Shown here: in pieces, positions 1-13,108 of the stretch | How positions within the stretch are numbered: position 1 is the first letter of the stretch | Layout: each line of letters starts with the position of its first letter | NCBI GenBank assembly: GCA_951406725.2 | Contig: OX597826.1 | Coordinates: 25,978,001-26,042,000 of the forward strand | Length of the DNA: 64,000 nt | Origin: Octopus vulgaris | Taxonomy: Eukaryota | Reading direction: 5' to 3' | Program-made: the position numbers and the translations under genes | The notes under the pieces: model-generated | Databases searched by the model: none | Told to the model about the DNA's origin: nothing | Seen by the model: the letters and a program-made list of their open reading frames with translations, nothing else

Positions 1-94
1 TACAGCAATATGTTTATCACTAATTATTTCGATATACAATATACTGCTTTTTTTCTGTTTTGGTGAAACTAAATTAAAAATTATTTTCTTTCAG

Positions 95-178
95 CATGTT
101 TTGTGTTCAAGGTGTTACCGTCATTGTACGAAATAAGTGTATACTCCAGAGGTATTCCGTTAGGAACACAAAAAGGCA
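95..178 (+). CDS. Gene A exon 3-equivalent (84 nt)
   Basis: tttcag|...|gtaagt, phase 1-1, first full codon Cys. Confidence 0.75.
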
Positions 179-708
179 GTAAGTAATATACTCTCAATTG
201 CGTCGTTGTCACCATTAATACAACTTACCCATAAAATGAACCAGCAATCAGCCAGATATCCTCCCTGTGTCCAATTTTACCACTGCCACATAGCATACAC
301 ACCTAGTTACCACCACATGCATACACACACATGCACTCAATTACTGACACAATCACACACACACACGCTATTATGCCCCGCGCGTACATACCCACACATA
401 CACACAGATGCCTCCTTTTCTTACACTCTCCTGTCTTAGAAAGAACTTTTTCTTCGTCCATTCCCTTCTGGTCATTTCAAAATGTAACTTCATGTGGATT
501 GTTGGCGATTTTTTCTCACCGTCTTCCTTTTCTTTTGGTCTTTCTTCTGTCTCCTATTTCTGAAAAAGCGCTCCGCTCGAAACGTAGGACACCCTTTATT
601 TCCTCCCCTGAGCGTCTTTGCATGTACCACGTCCTCAGGTTGTTGTTTTTTCTTGTGTTTCTTCTTCGTTATTGTTTATTAACTATATATATATATATAT
701 ATATATGT

Positions 709-769
<61 letters not shown>

Positions 770-1024
770 AAATAAGAAAATGGAGGGGTTCAATAGGTGG
801 TTCATCAACTTTTAGACATATATTATGTCAACTTATTTGTTTATTTACCAAAATGACAATTACAAGGATATACATTCATGTATAACATGCTTTAATCTCT
901 GATAATGTAATAGCAATGCAATAAAAAACACTTGTGTATTAATAATTGGGTATTCTACCAGCAGTATATTGGGTAGATATTATCCTCCCTTAGTTGGTTG
1001 GATTCACAACCTCTAACTTTCTTG

Positions 1025-1101
<77 letters not shown>

Positions 1102-1566
1102 CTTTGATACTTTGATACTTTGATAGGTTTCGGCCATTATTGGTCCAGGCCATGTCTAACTTAATAGCACCACCTGGTCTATATATATATATTATTTTTT
1201 GCCTGTTTTAATCATTAGACGGCGGCCATGGTGGGATACAATCTTGAAATATTTTGGGTCGAATGAAACCTAGTATTTTGAATTTTGAGCTTGATACTTA
1301 TTCAGTCGGTGTCTTTTGCCGAACCGTTAAGTTGCGATGACGTAAACACACAAGCGCTGCTTGTCAAGCGATGGTGTAGGACAGACAAAAACAGGCATAT
1401 ATACATAAAATATACGGCAAGTTTCTTTCAGTTTCCGTCTACCATATTCACCCAGAAGGCCCGAGACTATAGTAGAAAACACACTCTCAAGGTGCCACGC
1501 AATGGTTCTGAACCCAGAGCAATGTGGTTGGGAAGCAAGCTTCTTACCACACTGCTACGCCCATGG

Positions 1567-1662
<96 letters not shown>

Positions 1663-2021
1663 GTCTATATACATACATGCAGGCATACAGACATGAACAT
1701 ACTCACACACACACATACACACACATACACACACACACACACACACTCACACACACACACATACACACACACACACACACACACGCACACACACACACAC
1801 ACTAACATAGTGCTGATTTTATTTAATTATTTATGTTTCCCTGATTAGTTCTTTCAATTTATTATTTTTCAGAAGGGAGAGAACTGTTCTGCTTTTCCAA
1901 TGGTAAAACTTGCTTTTACACCACTACCAAGATATCTAGAGGCAAATATCATTTTTGCATGTATGCTAATGTGGGGTTTAGGCTGACATTGACATGTATC
2001 CTGCGAGACGTTGTACACTGA
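95..2021 (+). CDS. Gene A (5'-partial): secreted Cys-rich family member, DUF4773-like; exons 95-178 and 1873-2021
   Basis: ttattttctttcag|95..178|gtaagt (84 nt, phase 1-1) joins attatttttcag|1873..TGA 2021. Translation: xCFVFKVLPSLYEISVYSRGIPLGTQKG-KGRELFCFSNGKTCFYTTTKISRGKYHFCMYANVGFRLTLTCILRDVVH*. Exon size, phase and first-codon Cys match exon 3 of genes B/C. AATAAA at 2132 and 2208. Upstream exons lie outside the window. Confidence 0.75.
1200..1562 (-). mobile_element. tRNA-derived SINE family A (diverged copy)
   Basis: Matches copies at 31055, 34029, 45968 and 52851. Confidence 0.75.
1873..2021 (+). CDS. Gene A terminal coding exon
   Basis: tttttcag acceptor, phase 1, 4 Cys, TGA stop, AATAAA downstream. 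Confidence 0.75.
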
Positions 2022-2320
2022 GATCTGTATACTGCATTATAAAGAATTAATATTTTCATCCATTGATTATCTCGTTCATAATACAGTTTATGAAAATCAG
2101 GAGCTTCTAGTAGAGGTAGAAGAAAAAATTAAATAAAGAGTTCTAATGTTCATTCACGTAAGCATGCAATTCTGAAGATATACAGCTTTGTAGATTTATC
2201 CTAGCGAAATAAAATATCGGTACTTTAGTGATCCTCTCTCCATTATATTATACATGCACACACACAAGTCTGTGTGTATACATATATATATATGGATACA
2301 TACATAAATTTATGTGTTTG

Positions 2321-2395
<75 letters not shown>

Positions 2396-3357
2396 GTATG
2401 TGTATATATACTGTGATAAGGTTCGCGAAAAAGTATACAAAGAAGGAAAATGCACACAAATATTCTATTAGAAATATATATATATATATATGCATTTATG
2501 AAATGAACTATTCACATAGTCAACCGGTTTCGCTTATGCTAATAACATTTAAGTAGACAGTGATAATTTTATGTTATCAGAATAACTTTGCACAAGGCTT
2601 TAGTCAGACCGAAGCTACAGTAGAAGACATTTCCCTAAGGAGTCGCACAGTGGGACTGAACTTCAAAGCATGTGATTTAGAAGCAAACTTCTTACCACAT
2701 AACCACACTTGCGATAAATTTGAAACAACTTTTCTGTATATCTAATTAGCCTGACTAAACAAAGAAACCCCGTGGTTAAACCGCAGGTCACTTATTAGAC
2801 TGGCTAATCAAGTAATTAAAATCACAATCTTGTTACCTTGAAAGGCTAACACATTGACTTACAAGGTCACGTATCTTCTCTACTGCAAGGTTGTGAAACC
2901 TAAACTGAGCATGAAGCTCACAGCTTGGGGAAGAGTCCTCTACTATAACTCAGGGCAGACTAATTCCTTGTGAACAGATCTGGAGGACGGAACCTGTTTG
3001 GACGTCCGTCATTTATCTCTCTCTCTCTCTCTATATATATATATCTATTTATCGGCTGGCTGTTGACATGTCGTTTCTCGTAAGTTTAAAGAATTTCTCT
3101 GGTTATTTATGTGTATTTACAAATGATTTTTGTCAAAAAAGTGCTTCACAACATTTGTTTTGACCTGAGCGAGATTTTCGCTCGAAAATTCTCCCTTTAA
3201 GGGTGAATTTTCGGATTTTAAAATTGTATTTTTAAAAACAAAATTTTAGTTTGTTGAATAAATCGTTAGTCATTTTGAGACCAACAGCGACTCTAACTAA
3301 TTTCGACGTTAACTTTCCTCCGCTGCCAATAGCAACAAGAAAGAAAATTTTAATTCA

Positions 3358-3439
<82 letters not shown>

Positions 3440-5460
3440 CAAGCAAAAGAACATCCCACAAAGCCGCTTGAATGCGAGGAAATCATCATAATTCCTACAT
3501 ACCTTGGTCGTCGTGTGACGAAAATAATAATTAAAGACGAGCCCTCTGAGACAGAAATACGATCGATGGCTGGTGTCAGCCATCTGCTATGATTTCGAGG
3601 AGGGAATTAATATGCTGGAAGTTGCCGTCCTGAAGCAGCAAAACTGGGTTGGACAGGGGGTCAAACTCTTAATCCAAGCGGATCGAGAGACGATTGAATC
3701 TGTCCCAGACTGAGTAAAACTGCCGGACGGCACAAACCTACACGTGACTGTTTAAGACCGAAGGCCACCTTGTCACGTTTGTGGTAGCAAAAGACATCTC
3801 AAGGTCGATTGCCCAACAGTACAGGAATATCAACAACAACAACAACAAAAAGAAATAACAACAGTAAATCAGCACTGTTACTCACACCGCCATCAGCACA
3901 GCTACAGCAGCAACAGGTGAAACAGCTCCACCAACCAAACAACCAGCCAACCAGCCAGCCAGCCAGCCAGCCAGCCAACCAACCAACCAACCAACCAACC
4001 AACCAACCAACCAACCAACTCAATGAACCCAATCAATCAACATCACCATCAGTAGATTTGATATCAGCAGCAGAAGCAACACCATCGCCACCACCACCAA
4101 CAACAGCTACAGAACCACCAAAACAAGAAAAGAAGAAAAAGACTAATCCTTCATCGCCAACAACCCATATATCACATGCAAGCACCCACCAATCAGCATT
4201 AACAACAGCAACAATATTAGCGTTAACCGACACAAATCCACCCCGATGCCCTTCTCCCATTTTCTGATTCCTCCGACATGTCTGATGAAAGCGACACGGA
4301 ACAATGGCATATGGCCACAGGGGCGAGAAGAAAAAAGTGTGTGTGTGTGTGGGGGGGGGGGGATGATCACTCCGTCAAAAAAAGAGATATACCACTCCCG
4401 ATAACGAAACCTCCACACACATTAACAATACCAGCACCAACACTACAAACACACAAACGCTCAGTAGCTCCACAATGCTAATTGCGTATTTAGATAAAGT
4501 ATTCATGGGATAGTGTAGGTTGTCCACGCTTTCACATAGTCAGCTACACAGAGCACAAATTCGTGACCTGTAGGCTCGACTTAGATAAGAATCATAGGCA
4601 GGGTCCCGGATACTGGAAGGTGAACGCATCGCTCCCGGTGCGACAGGCTTACAGAGACTGGATTAACACATTAATTTGGAGGGCGTTGACGGGAACCATC
4701 GTCAACAACAAATGGTGGTTTGCCCTAAAGAGGGCAATTAAAGCACAAACGGTTAGGTATAGAAAGGGTTTAGCAATAGATCGGAATAGAATAGAGGGAG
4801 ACCTAGTTAAGAAATTAGAAGAGGGACTTAGAAGTAGCATTGCGACCAACATGTTGGCGGTGGGGTTGGCCCTTGACCAACAATTCAACGCCAAACATGA
4901 AAGTTGCGTTGTCAGAGCTAGGATGCATGCCCCAAGAAACGAGGGAATGGAGCCACATGAGAGTCCCGAGTGGCAGAGGCGCAGGTAACAAATCCATTAT
5001 TTGGTCTTTCATAGATCAACAAAGACGCGAGTTACTTGAGCCCGAAAGAATGTGTGAGGCATTTCAGCAACTATTTGCCCGACTGCTCCAGACAACTGGT
5101 GGGTCGGAACGTAGGGTAGACTTTAGTGTCTACCTGCATGGCCTGCTACGATTCTCAGCAAGAGAGGCGGAATGTTGTGAAAGTCCCATTCCAGCCGCTG
5201 ATGAACCGAATGCGATGGCAGGCTGCGCGAGAGACAAGTCACCGGGCTTAGATGGTCTGCCCTACGAGCTTTATTGTCATATGCCAGACTTATTTGGAAA
5301 TTTCTTGGCAACAGTCTACTGCAAATGGCAGCAAAACGCGAGTATCTTCAGTTTTGTGAGCCGAAGAGCGGTGACTATAATTTCCGGCCCATCACTCTGC
5401 TCAACGCAGATTTGAACATTTTGGATAAGGTACTAGACAAGAGGTTGCAATCATAGATCA
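3440..5460 (+). mobile_element. Degenerate L1/Tx1-clade LINE (ORF1 zinc knuckle + ORF2 fragments)
   Basis: LPDGTNLHV..RPPCHVCGSKRHLKVDCP CCHC knuckle (~3720-3813); ORF2 motifs GPGYWKVN, KSPGLDGLPYELY, FRPITLLNAD; stops and frameshifts. Confidence 0.8.
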
Positions 5461-5855
5461 AGCAGCTTTACCATCCAGATTCAAACTTGTGTAATTTCAA
5501 TTCCACCAAGACGTTCTATACAAGATTAGTGGAAGGGAGGTACGACGACGTTCTTGACTTCCCTCTTCAGGACAATTCCCAGAGATCCCTGGCCTGACAG
5601 TGCTATCGGGGAGCAATCCCCGGTCGAGATAAAGTCTACGGATACGTTACAAGAAATACCGAACCGACCTGCCCAAGATGCGGTCAGAACGACGAAGCTG
5701 TTCTGCACGACTCGTGCAGGGTCCAAATATTTCAGATCTGTGGGCCTATGTCGAACGGCTGCCTACCTGCTTAATGACGAAATTTATGTATGTATGTATG
5801 TATGTATGTATGTATGTATGTATGTATGTATGTATGTATGTATGTATGTATGTGC

Positions 5856-5949
<94 letters not shown>

Positions 5950-6751
5950 GCCTGCCTGTCTGTCTGTTTGTCTGTCTATTCATCTATCTATGCGTATAGC
6001 TTTGCGTTTGCATTATGTCTCCTCACCACCGCTTGACAACTGGTCTTTGTGTGTTTATATGCTCGTAACTTGGTGGTTTCGGTAAAATAGACCGATAGAA
6101 TAATTACTAGACTTATCAAAAAAGTGCTAAGTCCGAATTGTTCAGCTAAACCTGTCAAGGTGGTGCCCCAGCATGGCATGGCCGTAGTCCAACGATTGAA
6201 GCGAGTAACAAATGTTAAGATATATTTAGCTGGCGACAGCGGCATGAAACGCAACACCGACAGACAACACTTCCCTGTAGCAGACAGATATCCGTTAAGG
6301 ATATCGTCCCTTAAGGATAACACTCAATACAACTAGATACTCACAGGATTTTAAATTCATTTTCTCCATCAAAGATAAAAATAGGTTATGAAGAGATCCG
6401 GATTTCAATCTCTATATCATGAATCATGTGTAAGAAGCAATTAAAAAAAAACAAACTAACGCGTCCATACAAAAAACACACGTACACGCGCACAGACATG
6501 CACACACACACAAAGACACACACACTCACACACACACTCTCACGTTACTTTAATAAGTATCTCCTATGAGAGCGTTTTAAGAGTTTCATGAAATGTAATG
6601 GGATTCATATTTCCCAGGTTATTATAAAGGTCGCAACTAATCCAAAACAATGAGTAATGCTGTAGCATTTACAAACCCGCACTTATGCACACACATTTGT
6701 ATGTATGTATGTATGTATGTATGTATGTATGTATGTATGTATGTATGTATG

Positions 6752-6863
<112 letters not shown>

Positions 6864-6866
6864 TAT

Positions 6867-6963
<97 letters not shown>

Positions 6964-7644
6964 TTTGATTAACGAGAGAGGTGGCAGGTGGATGATACAA
7001 GAAAATATATTGATCTCTATAATTTTCGACTCATTTAGCATCGATGCCAGACGGGTGCGATAGTGAACATCTGGTTTAGGTGTATCTGTTGGTGTAGATG
7101 TATCTCTTCAGGTGATTACAAGATGTATCTCATTAAAATAAGGTCTGTTTTCAGGATTTCTTCTCCCTATGTGTATAGAAAAGCAGTAAATTAAGGGATA
7201 CAGCTTCATTATTATAAAAGATGAATAACAAACATCAGATGCAAAAAGAAACAAATACTGAATACAGTGAAAAAAGTAACTGTTAGTACAAACACTTTTC
7301 CTTACGTTGTCTGGCGCACGTACACTCGCTCGTAGAGACTTACAATAAGCTGTAAGCATACGCACACGCGTGGTTTAGTGCACATACGTTCACCAGGCGA
7401 ATTAAATAGATATTCATAAAGTGTCTAGAAGTGGCTAGTGATACGATTCCACTTGGTGAGAGGTCAGAAATTCTGTGGTGGGGTTCACTTGTAAAGTCAT
7501 GAATATGTGCAAATAAATACACACATAGTAGATGTGTCTTTTTGTATGAACGGCTAATGTATGTATGTATGTATGTATGTATGTATGTATGTATGTATGT
7601 ATTTATGAAGTATCATATATATATATGTGCGTGTATGTATGTAA

Positions 7645-7689
<45 letters not shown>

Positions 7690-7694
<5 letters not shown>

Positions 7695-8045
7695 GGAAAA
7701 TCATCTGGAAAATGCTGGTGGGCCTTGTCCCAAATTTTGGCATTGAAAGTTACCCAACAGCAGTACGGGGCACCACTGCATGTTGTCAAAGATCCCAACA
7801 TCACCATCAAAATATAGGACCAGATACTGCAACAGCTTGGGTTTCAAGGGACCACAGCTCTTCAATATCCTTCCTAAATTCATGAGAGACCTGCATGGTG
7901 TGGATGTGAATTTCTTTAAAATTAAACTTGATCACTTCTTGTCAGTGGTTCCAGATGAATCTACCTATCGGCAGGAAACACAGAAGCGGGCAGCGGCGTC
8001 GAACTCCCTTGTTGACCAAGTGCCAGGTATCAGAGGTGGTTTCAC
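7690..8045 (+). mobile_element. 3' fragment of a CR1-like LINE RT
   Basis: TWKII..LVPN and NSLGFKGPQLFNILPK...FKIKLDHFLSVVPDE are typical CR1-clade C-terminal motifs. Confidence 0.65.
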
Positions 8046-8132
8046 ATACTAGTGTGGCACATTCAACGGTAGTGCCCCAGCATGGCTGCAGCTTTCGGGT
8101 TGAAACATTTTAAAAGATTTATATATATATAT

Positions 8133-8260
<128 letters not shown>

Positions 8261-8496
8261 GTATATAGTTGAAATATATAGAAAAACAAAAGACAAAGAC
8301 AAGTGTATGAATGACAAGCAAGTGTGTTAGTTTGACGCTTGGGAAAAAATGAAAAAAAAAAATTTACGTTTCAAGTATGCGCTTTTAACAGAAAGGAATA
8401 AGAGAAAATAGAGAGCGAAAGTGAAAACAACTTGTAAATTTCAGCGGTCCACTATGGCATATGATTGGGGGAAAAAAATGGGAAAAAAAAAAGGAG

Positions 8497-8497
<1 letters not shown>

Positions 8498-8549
<52 letters not shown>

Positions 8550-8568
8550 TATAATAATAATAATAATG

Positions 8569-8635
<67 letters not shown>

Positions 8636-8725
8636 TGATGATGATGATGATATGATGATGATGATGGTGATGATGATATTAATAATAATAATAATAATAA
8701 TAATAAAAATAATAATAATAATAAT

Positions 8726-8790
<65 letters not shown>
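8498..8790. repeat. (TAA)n/(TGA)n microsatellite
   Basis: Seen directly. Confidence 0.95.
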
Positions 8791-9536
8791 AAAGTTTGAA
8801 TGAAAGGGAGATAATAAAATATTAGTAATCCCAACAACGTGCGCGTGCGTGAGTGTGTATGTAAGAATGGTATGTGTGAGTGTTTGAATAGGGGCGACTC
8901 TGACGTGCATGAGTGTGTGCGTGTGTAACGTGTGTGTTGTATGTAGCAGTTGATATGTGCTTTTTCATGTGGCTTGTGCACATGTGTGTGTGGGTGCGTG
9001 TGTGTATGAGTGTGTCTGTGACCAAACAGTGTGCATGTGTATGGTGTATATATGTTGGCGAAAGTTATCTTTGTCTTTGTATGTTGCGTGTGTATGTATA
9101 TATACAGCGTGTGTTCAGGCATTGTGTGCTTGTGTGGGTGTGGGATTGTGCATGATGTTGTGTGGTGTGTGTACTGAGTTAAACAGTGTGTGTGTGGATG
9201 CTCATATAATGGTATGTGTGGTGACGCTATTGAATATTGTGTTTGGGTATGTGGATGACAGTGCGTGGTGTGGGTGGTGGAAAGTGGTCAGTGCTAGTGT
9301 GTATGGAGTAGTGTGTAGTTGGTATCAAATGAAGAGAGGCGGTGAGGCTGGTGTTAGATGAAGAGAGGAGGGGAGCTGAGCCCATGTTCTTTTAAAAAAA
9401 CTTTTCTTGTAATTTTTCCAAAATTTAATTGTTTTCCATACTTACAGTTGGAAAAGTCTCAATGACTGAAACCGGCACTAAAATGTTTTTTATAAAATTA
9501 TTTTAGCATTTTCTACCTTTACCATTTGTTCATATA

Positions 9537-9598
<62 letters not shown>

Positions 9599-9622
9599 CG
9601 TGTGTGTGTGTGTGTGTGTGTT

Positions 9623-9653
<31 letters not shown>

Positions 9654-10116
9654 ATGTGTGTGTGTATTTATATACATATTTTTAATTTCTTTCCTTTACT
9701 TGTTTCAGTCATTGGGCTCGGGTCATACTGGGGCACCGTCTTGATTGAAGACTTGGATTTAGTCGAAGAGATAGACCTTAGTACTTATGTATTTTGAAGT
9801 TTGGTACTTATTCTATCAGTTTCTTTTGCCGAACCACTAATAATACTGGGGACGTTAAACAAACTAACGTTAAACGACGCTCCCCTACGCATCCACTGCA
9901 GGCCGTTACACAGTTTGGCTCTAATCAATTTACTTACAAATATTGGTCAGCTCAGGAACCATATGGTTACAAAGCAAATTTGTTAACCACACACATATTC
10001 ATCATTCTCTGTGATTTCACTCATTGTATTGATATGATAAACAATGAACCATATGTGGCGATCTTAAGCTGTATCCTGTTGCTGATGAACGGTTTTATCA
10101 ACTGCTACAAGCAGTA

Positions 10117-11003
10117 CAAGGTGGGTGGAAAGTAACTCGGTATTAGAAATTGCTTATAGAATTTTTAGTATCACTGAAGTCATGACGAAAACACATTTTA
10201 AACAGACAACACTAATAAAGATTTTTTATTGTCTTATTGTCTTAATTTTTATTTCCAGATGGCCAGTCGCTTTACTGTTCAGGAGCAGCACGCTATGGAT
10301 TGAGGAATTCCATTGTTTTGGTTCCATTGTTTGATGGTGTGCATAAAAAGGTAAGCCTGCAACACTTCATCCAGAGACAATAATTTGTTATGCAAAGCTA
10401 ATAACCACAGGCTCTGTGAACGATGCAAGAAGTGACCGTCCAATCACATCCCGATCAGCAGAGAACATGGCAACAGTGCAGGAAATGTTTAATTGCAGCC
10501 CGCAAAAATCAACACGTCAAGCAGCGGGTGAAAGTGGACTAACAAGATACACAATACGTACAGTGTTACATAAAGAATTGAATTTTCGTCCGTGGGAACC
10601 TCATCACGCGCTGGAGCTAAAACTCGAAGACTGTGACCGCAGAAGTTCAAAAGTTCGGAACTCCAAGAAGGCAAGATCTCACTCCATGTGTTTCTTACTT
10701 GTGGGGTTACTCAAAAGAGGAGGTGTACAAGACACCGTGTAAGTTGTTATTTGGACTAATTCCACGGATTCAGGAGGTTCTCAATGATATCCCAGACGAC
10801 GTCCTTCAGAGGGTCGTTCATTCCATCCCTGGCCGTTTGAGAAAAATGGTTGACGCCACCGGTTAAAATATGTGGAAATATGAAGATTTACTTTCATTTT
10901 CCCATCTAATAAAAAACATTTAACATTTGTTTCAATAAATTCGTAAAAGGAATATGGATTTCCTTACCAGCTTTTAATCCCTGCACACTTTTCACCCACC
11001 CTG
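10117..11003 (+). mobile_element. Internally deleted Tc1/mariner-superfamily transposon
   Basis: TIRs caaggtgggtggaaagt / acttttcacccaccctg with TA on both sides; HTH (TGSVND..RPITSRS..SPQKSTRQAA) and DLTPC..LWGY.K..VY remnants. Confidence 0.8.
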
Positions 11004-11350
11004 TATATGAATTTAATTGAAAAACTGGTTTGAAATTTGGATTAGAAAAATACTCCAGTATAACAATGAAGAAGAAAAATTATTTCTTGGATGCTGTATA
11101 CCAATTATATCGACCTCAGTGTTCAGCTACTGGTATTCATATCATCGACTCCAAAAGGTTGAAAGGCGAAGTCGACGTAGCCTGGTAGTTAGTGAGTTAA
11201 TCTTTCAAGAAAATAAGGCTGAGAGTTCGATTCTGGAACGGAGCGGTCAAGTAGTAGGCCTGCAGTTCAACCGCTGGGTTTGTTTGCATATTGATGTTAA
11301 TTGGACATACGCTATGTATGTATGTATGTATGTATGTATGTATGTATGTA

Positions 11351-11417
<67 letters not shown>

Positions 11418-11599
11418 ATTATGTATGTGTATGTATGTATGTATGTATGTATGTATGTATGTATGTATATATATATATATATGAATATATGTATGTATGC
11501 ATGCATGTATTATGTATATATATATATATATATGAATGTATGTATGCATGCATGTACAGTGAAATTGACGGATATATTTCGCCTACAGGCTGATCAATA

Positions 11600-12760
11600 T
11601 TCTTGTTTTTGAAGTTCTGTAATTCGTGTTTCTGTGTTTCTGTGGTTACATGCTGTTGTCGATGATATTGCTGTCTTTTAAGTTGCCGTTCTTGTTCTTG
11701 TTTTTGTTGGAGTGATTGTGAACAGTGTTGCAGTTGTAGTTTCAGAATATGCTTTTAATTTCTTGGAGTAGGGTTACGCACTCTCCTCCTCTTTCGTCTA
11801 CCCCCTTTTGTCTCAGTAATCCATTGATCATTTAACTTTTCTTTCTCCATGTCATTACAGTTGATGTTGGTTTGACGGGTAGTGCATTCAGGAAAAGCTT
11901 GCCTTGGTTTGGGAGTGAGTGTGTACATGGGAGTGGGTGTAGGTGTAGTAGTCTTGAACACTTGATAATGATTTCGCGTTGGTGATGTTTATAGTGTTGG
12001 CAGCAGTAGGATTTTATTATTTTTATTTCAGGGCATAAATCCTTTGAGTCACAGATCCATATATGTGGAATCTTGGCTTTCTTACCCTCCACTAACACTA
12101 ACAGGTAAGTACCATCCGGGAGATCAATTAAATCGTGCAGCTGGTCGATATGGTCCTGATTAGATTGTAAGGTCAGTTCCATCTCTATACCTAACCAGTT
12201 TTGTGTTGGTATTTTCTTGACCTCCAATATTGTCATTCCTTCTTCTTTTAGACCTGTCAGGACAGCCGCCAGTAACTAAGCGATGAATATTTCTGGAGGC
12301 ACGTACAACACCCTAATCTTGACAAGACGTTGGTCGCGATAGCTGAGGATTAAGAAATTGTTATTCCTTAAAGTGGTCGCGGAATTACACCTGGTTTCTT
12401 CTTCCGTCCTAAATTTCACTTCAATTGTTTCAAACTTCTTTTCTCGGGTAATGTGAGTCTTTTATTCCCACACGCTCCCGAGACATTTTTGTATTTCGAT
12501 CTCTGGAGCATTTTCCACCCGCCGAGATAGCAGTATGCGACCGTGCATTTTAAGATGTTCTCTATCACATCGGGTGGAAGGTTTAGAGCTACTCTTCTCC
12601 CTTTCCTTTTCACAATTTTCCTTGTTATTTTTATATCTTCTTCAACTATGCAGAAATTGTCCATATTTCGCGCCACAATCGCAAAAGAGACGGAGGCGAC
12701 ATTCACGTTTTCATGTTTTATTTCTGTCGTATTGTTGCTTTGTCGAAGATTATGATGGCT
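11600..12760 (-). mobile_element. Degenerate Tx1-like LINE ORF1 remnant
   Basis: LPDGTYLLVLVEG followed by a decayed knuckle, similar to ORF1 at ~3720. Confidence 0.5.
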
Positions 12761-13037
12761 TCTTTTTCATTAAAGAAAATTGCAAAATATTTGCATTTGT
12801 CGAAAATTGTTAAAATTTAAAAAAAATATTGATGTGCATTCCCTGCAAAATACCACCCGCGCAACACCAAAAAGCCATCAGCGCAATCCAGATAATCTCA
12901 GAAATGCAATGGTAACTATGAAAATGAAAACACGGGGCCTTAGAAGGCCGAAAAGATTACAAACACTATTTCAACTTGTGGAGCTTCAAATTTCGTGACT
13001 TTACAGTATAGAGGCCGCTATAATAATAATAATAATG

Positions 13038-13107
<70 letters not shown>

Positions 13108-13108
<1 letters not shown>

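Noticed and set aside
3809-4267. Gln/Pro/Thr-rich 152-aa ORF as a host gene
   Set aside because: Low-complexity tail of the Tx1 LINE ORF1 containing a (CCAA)n microsatellite.
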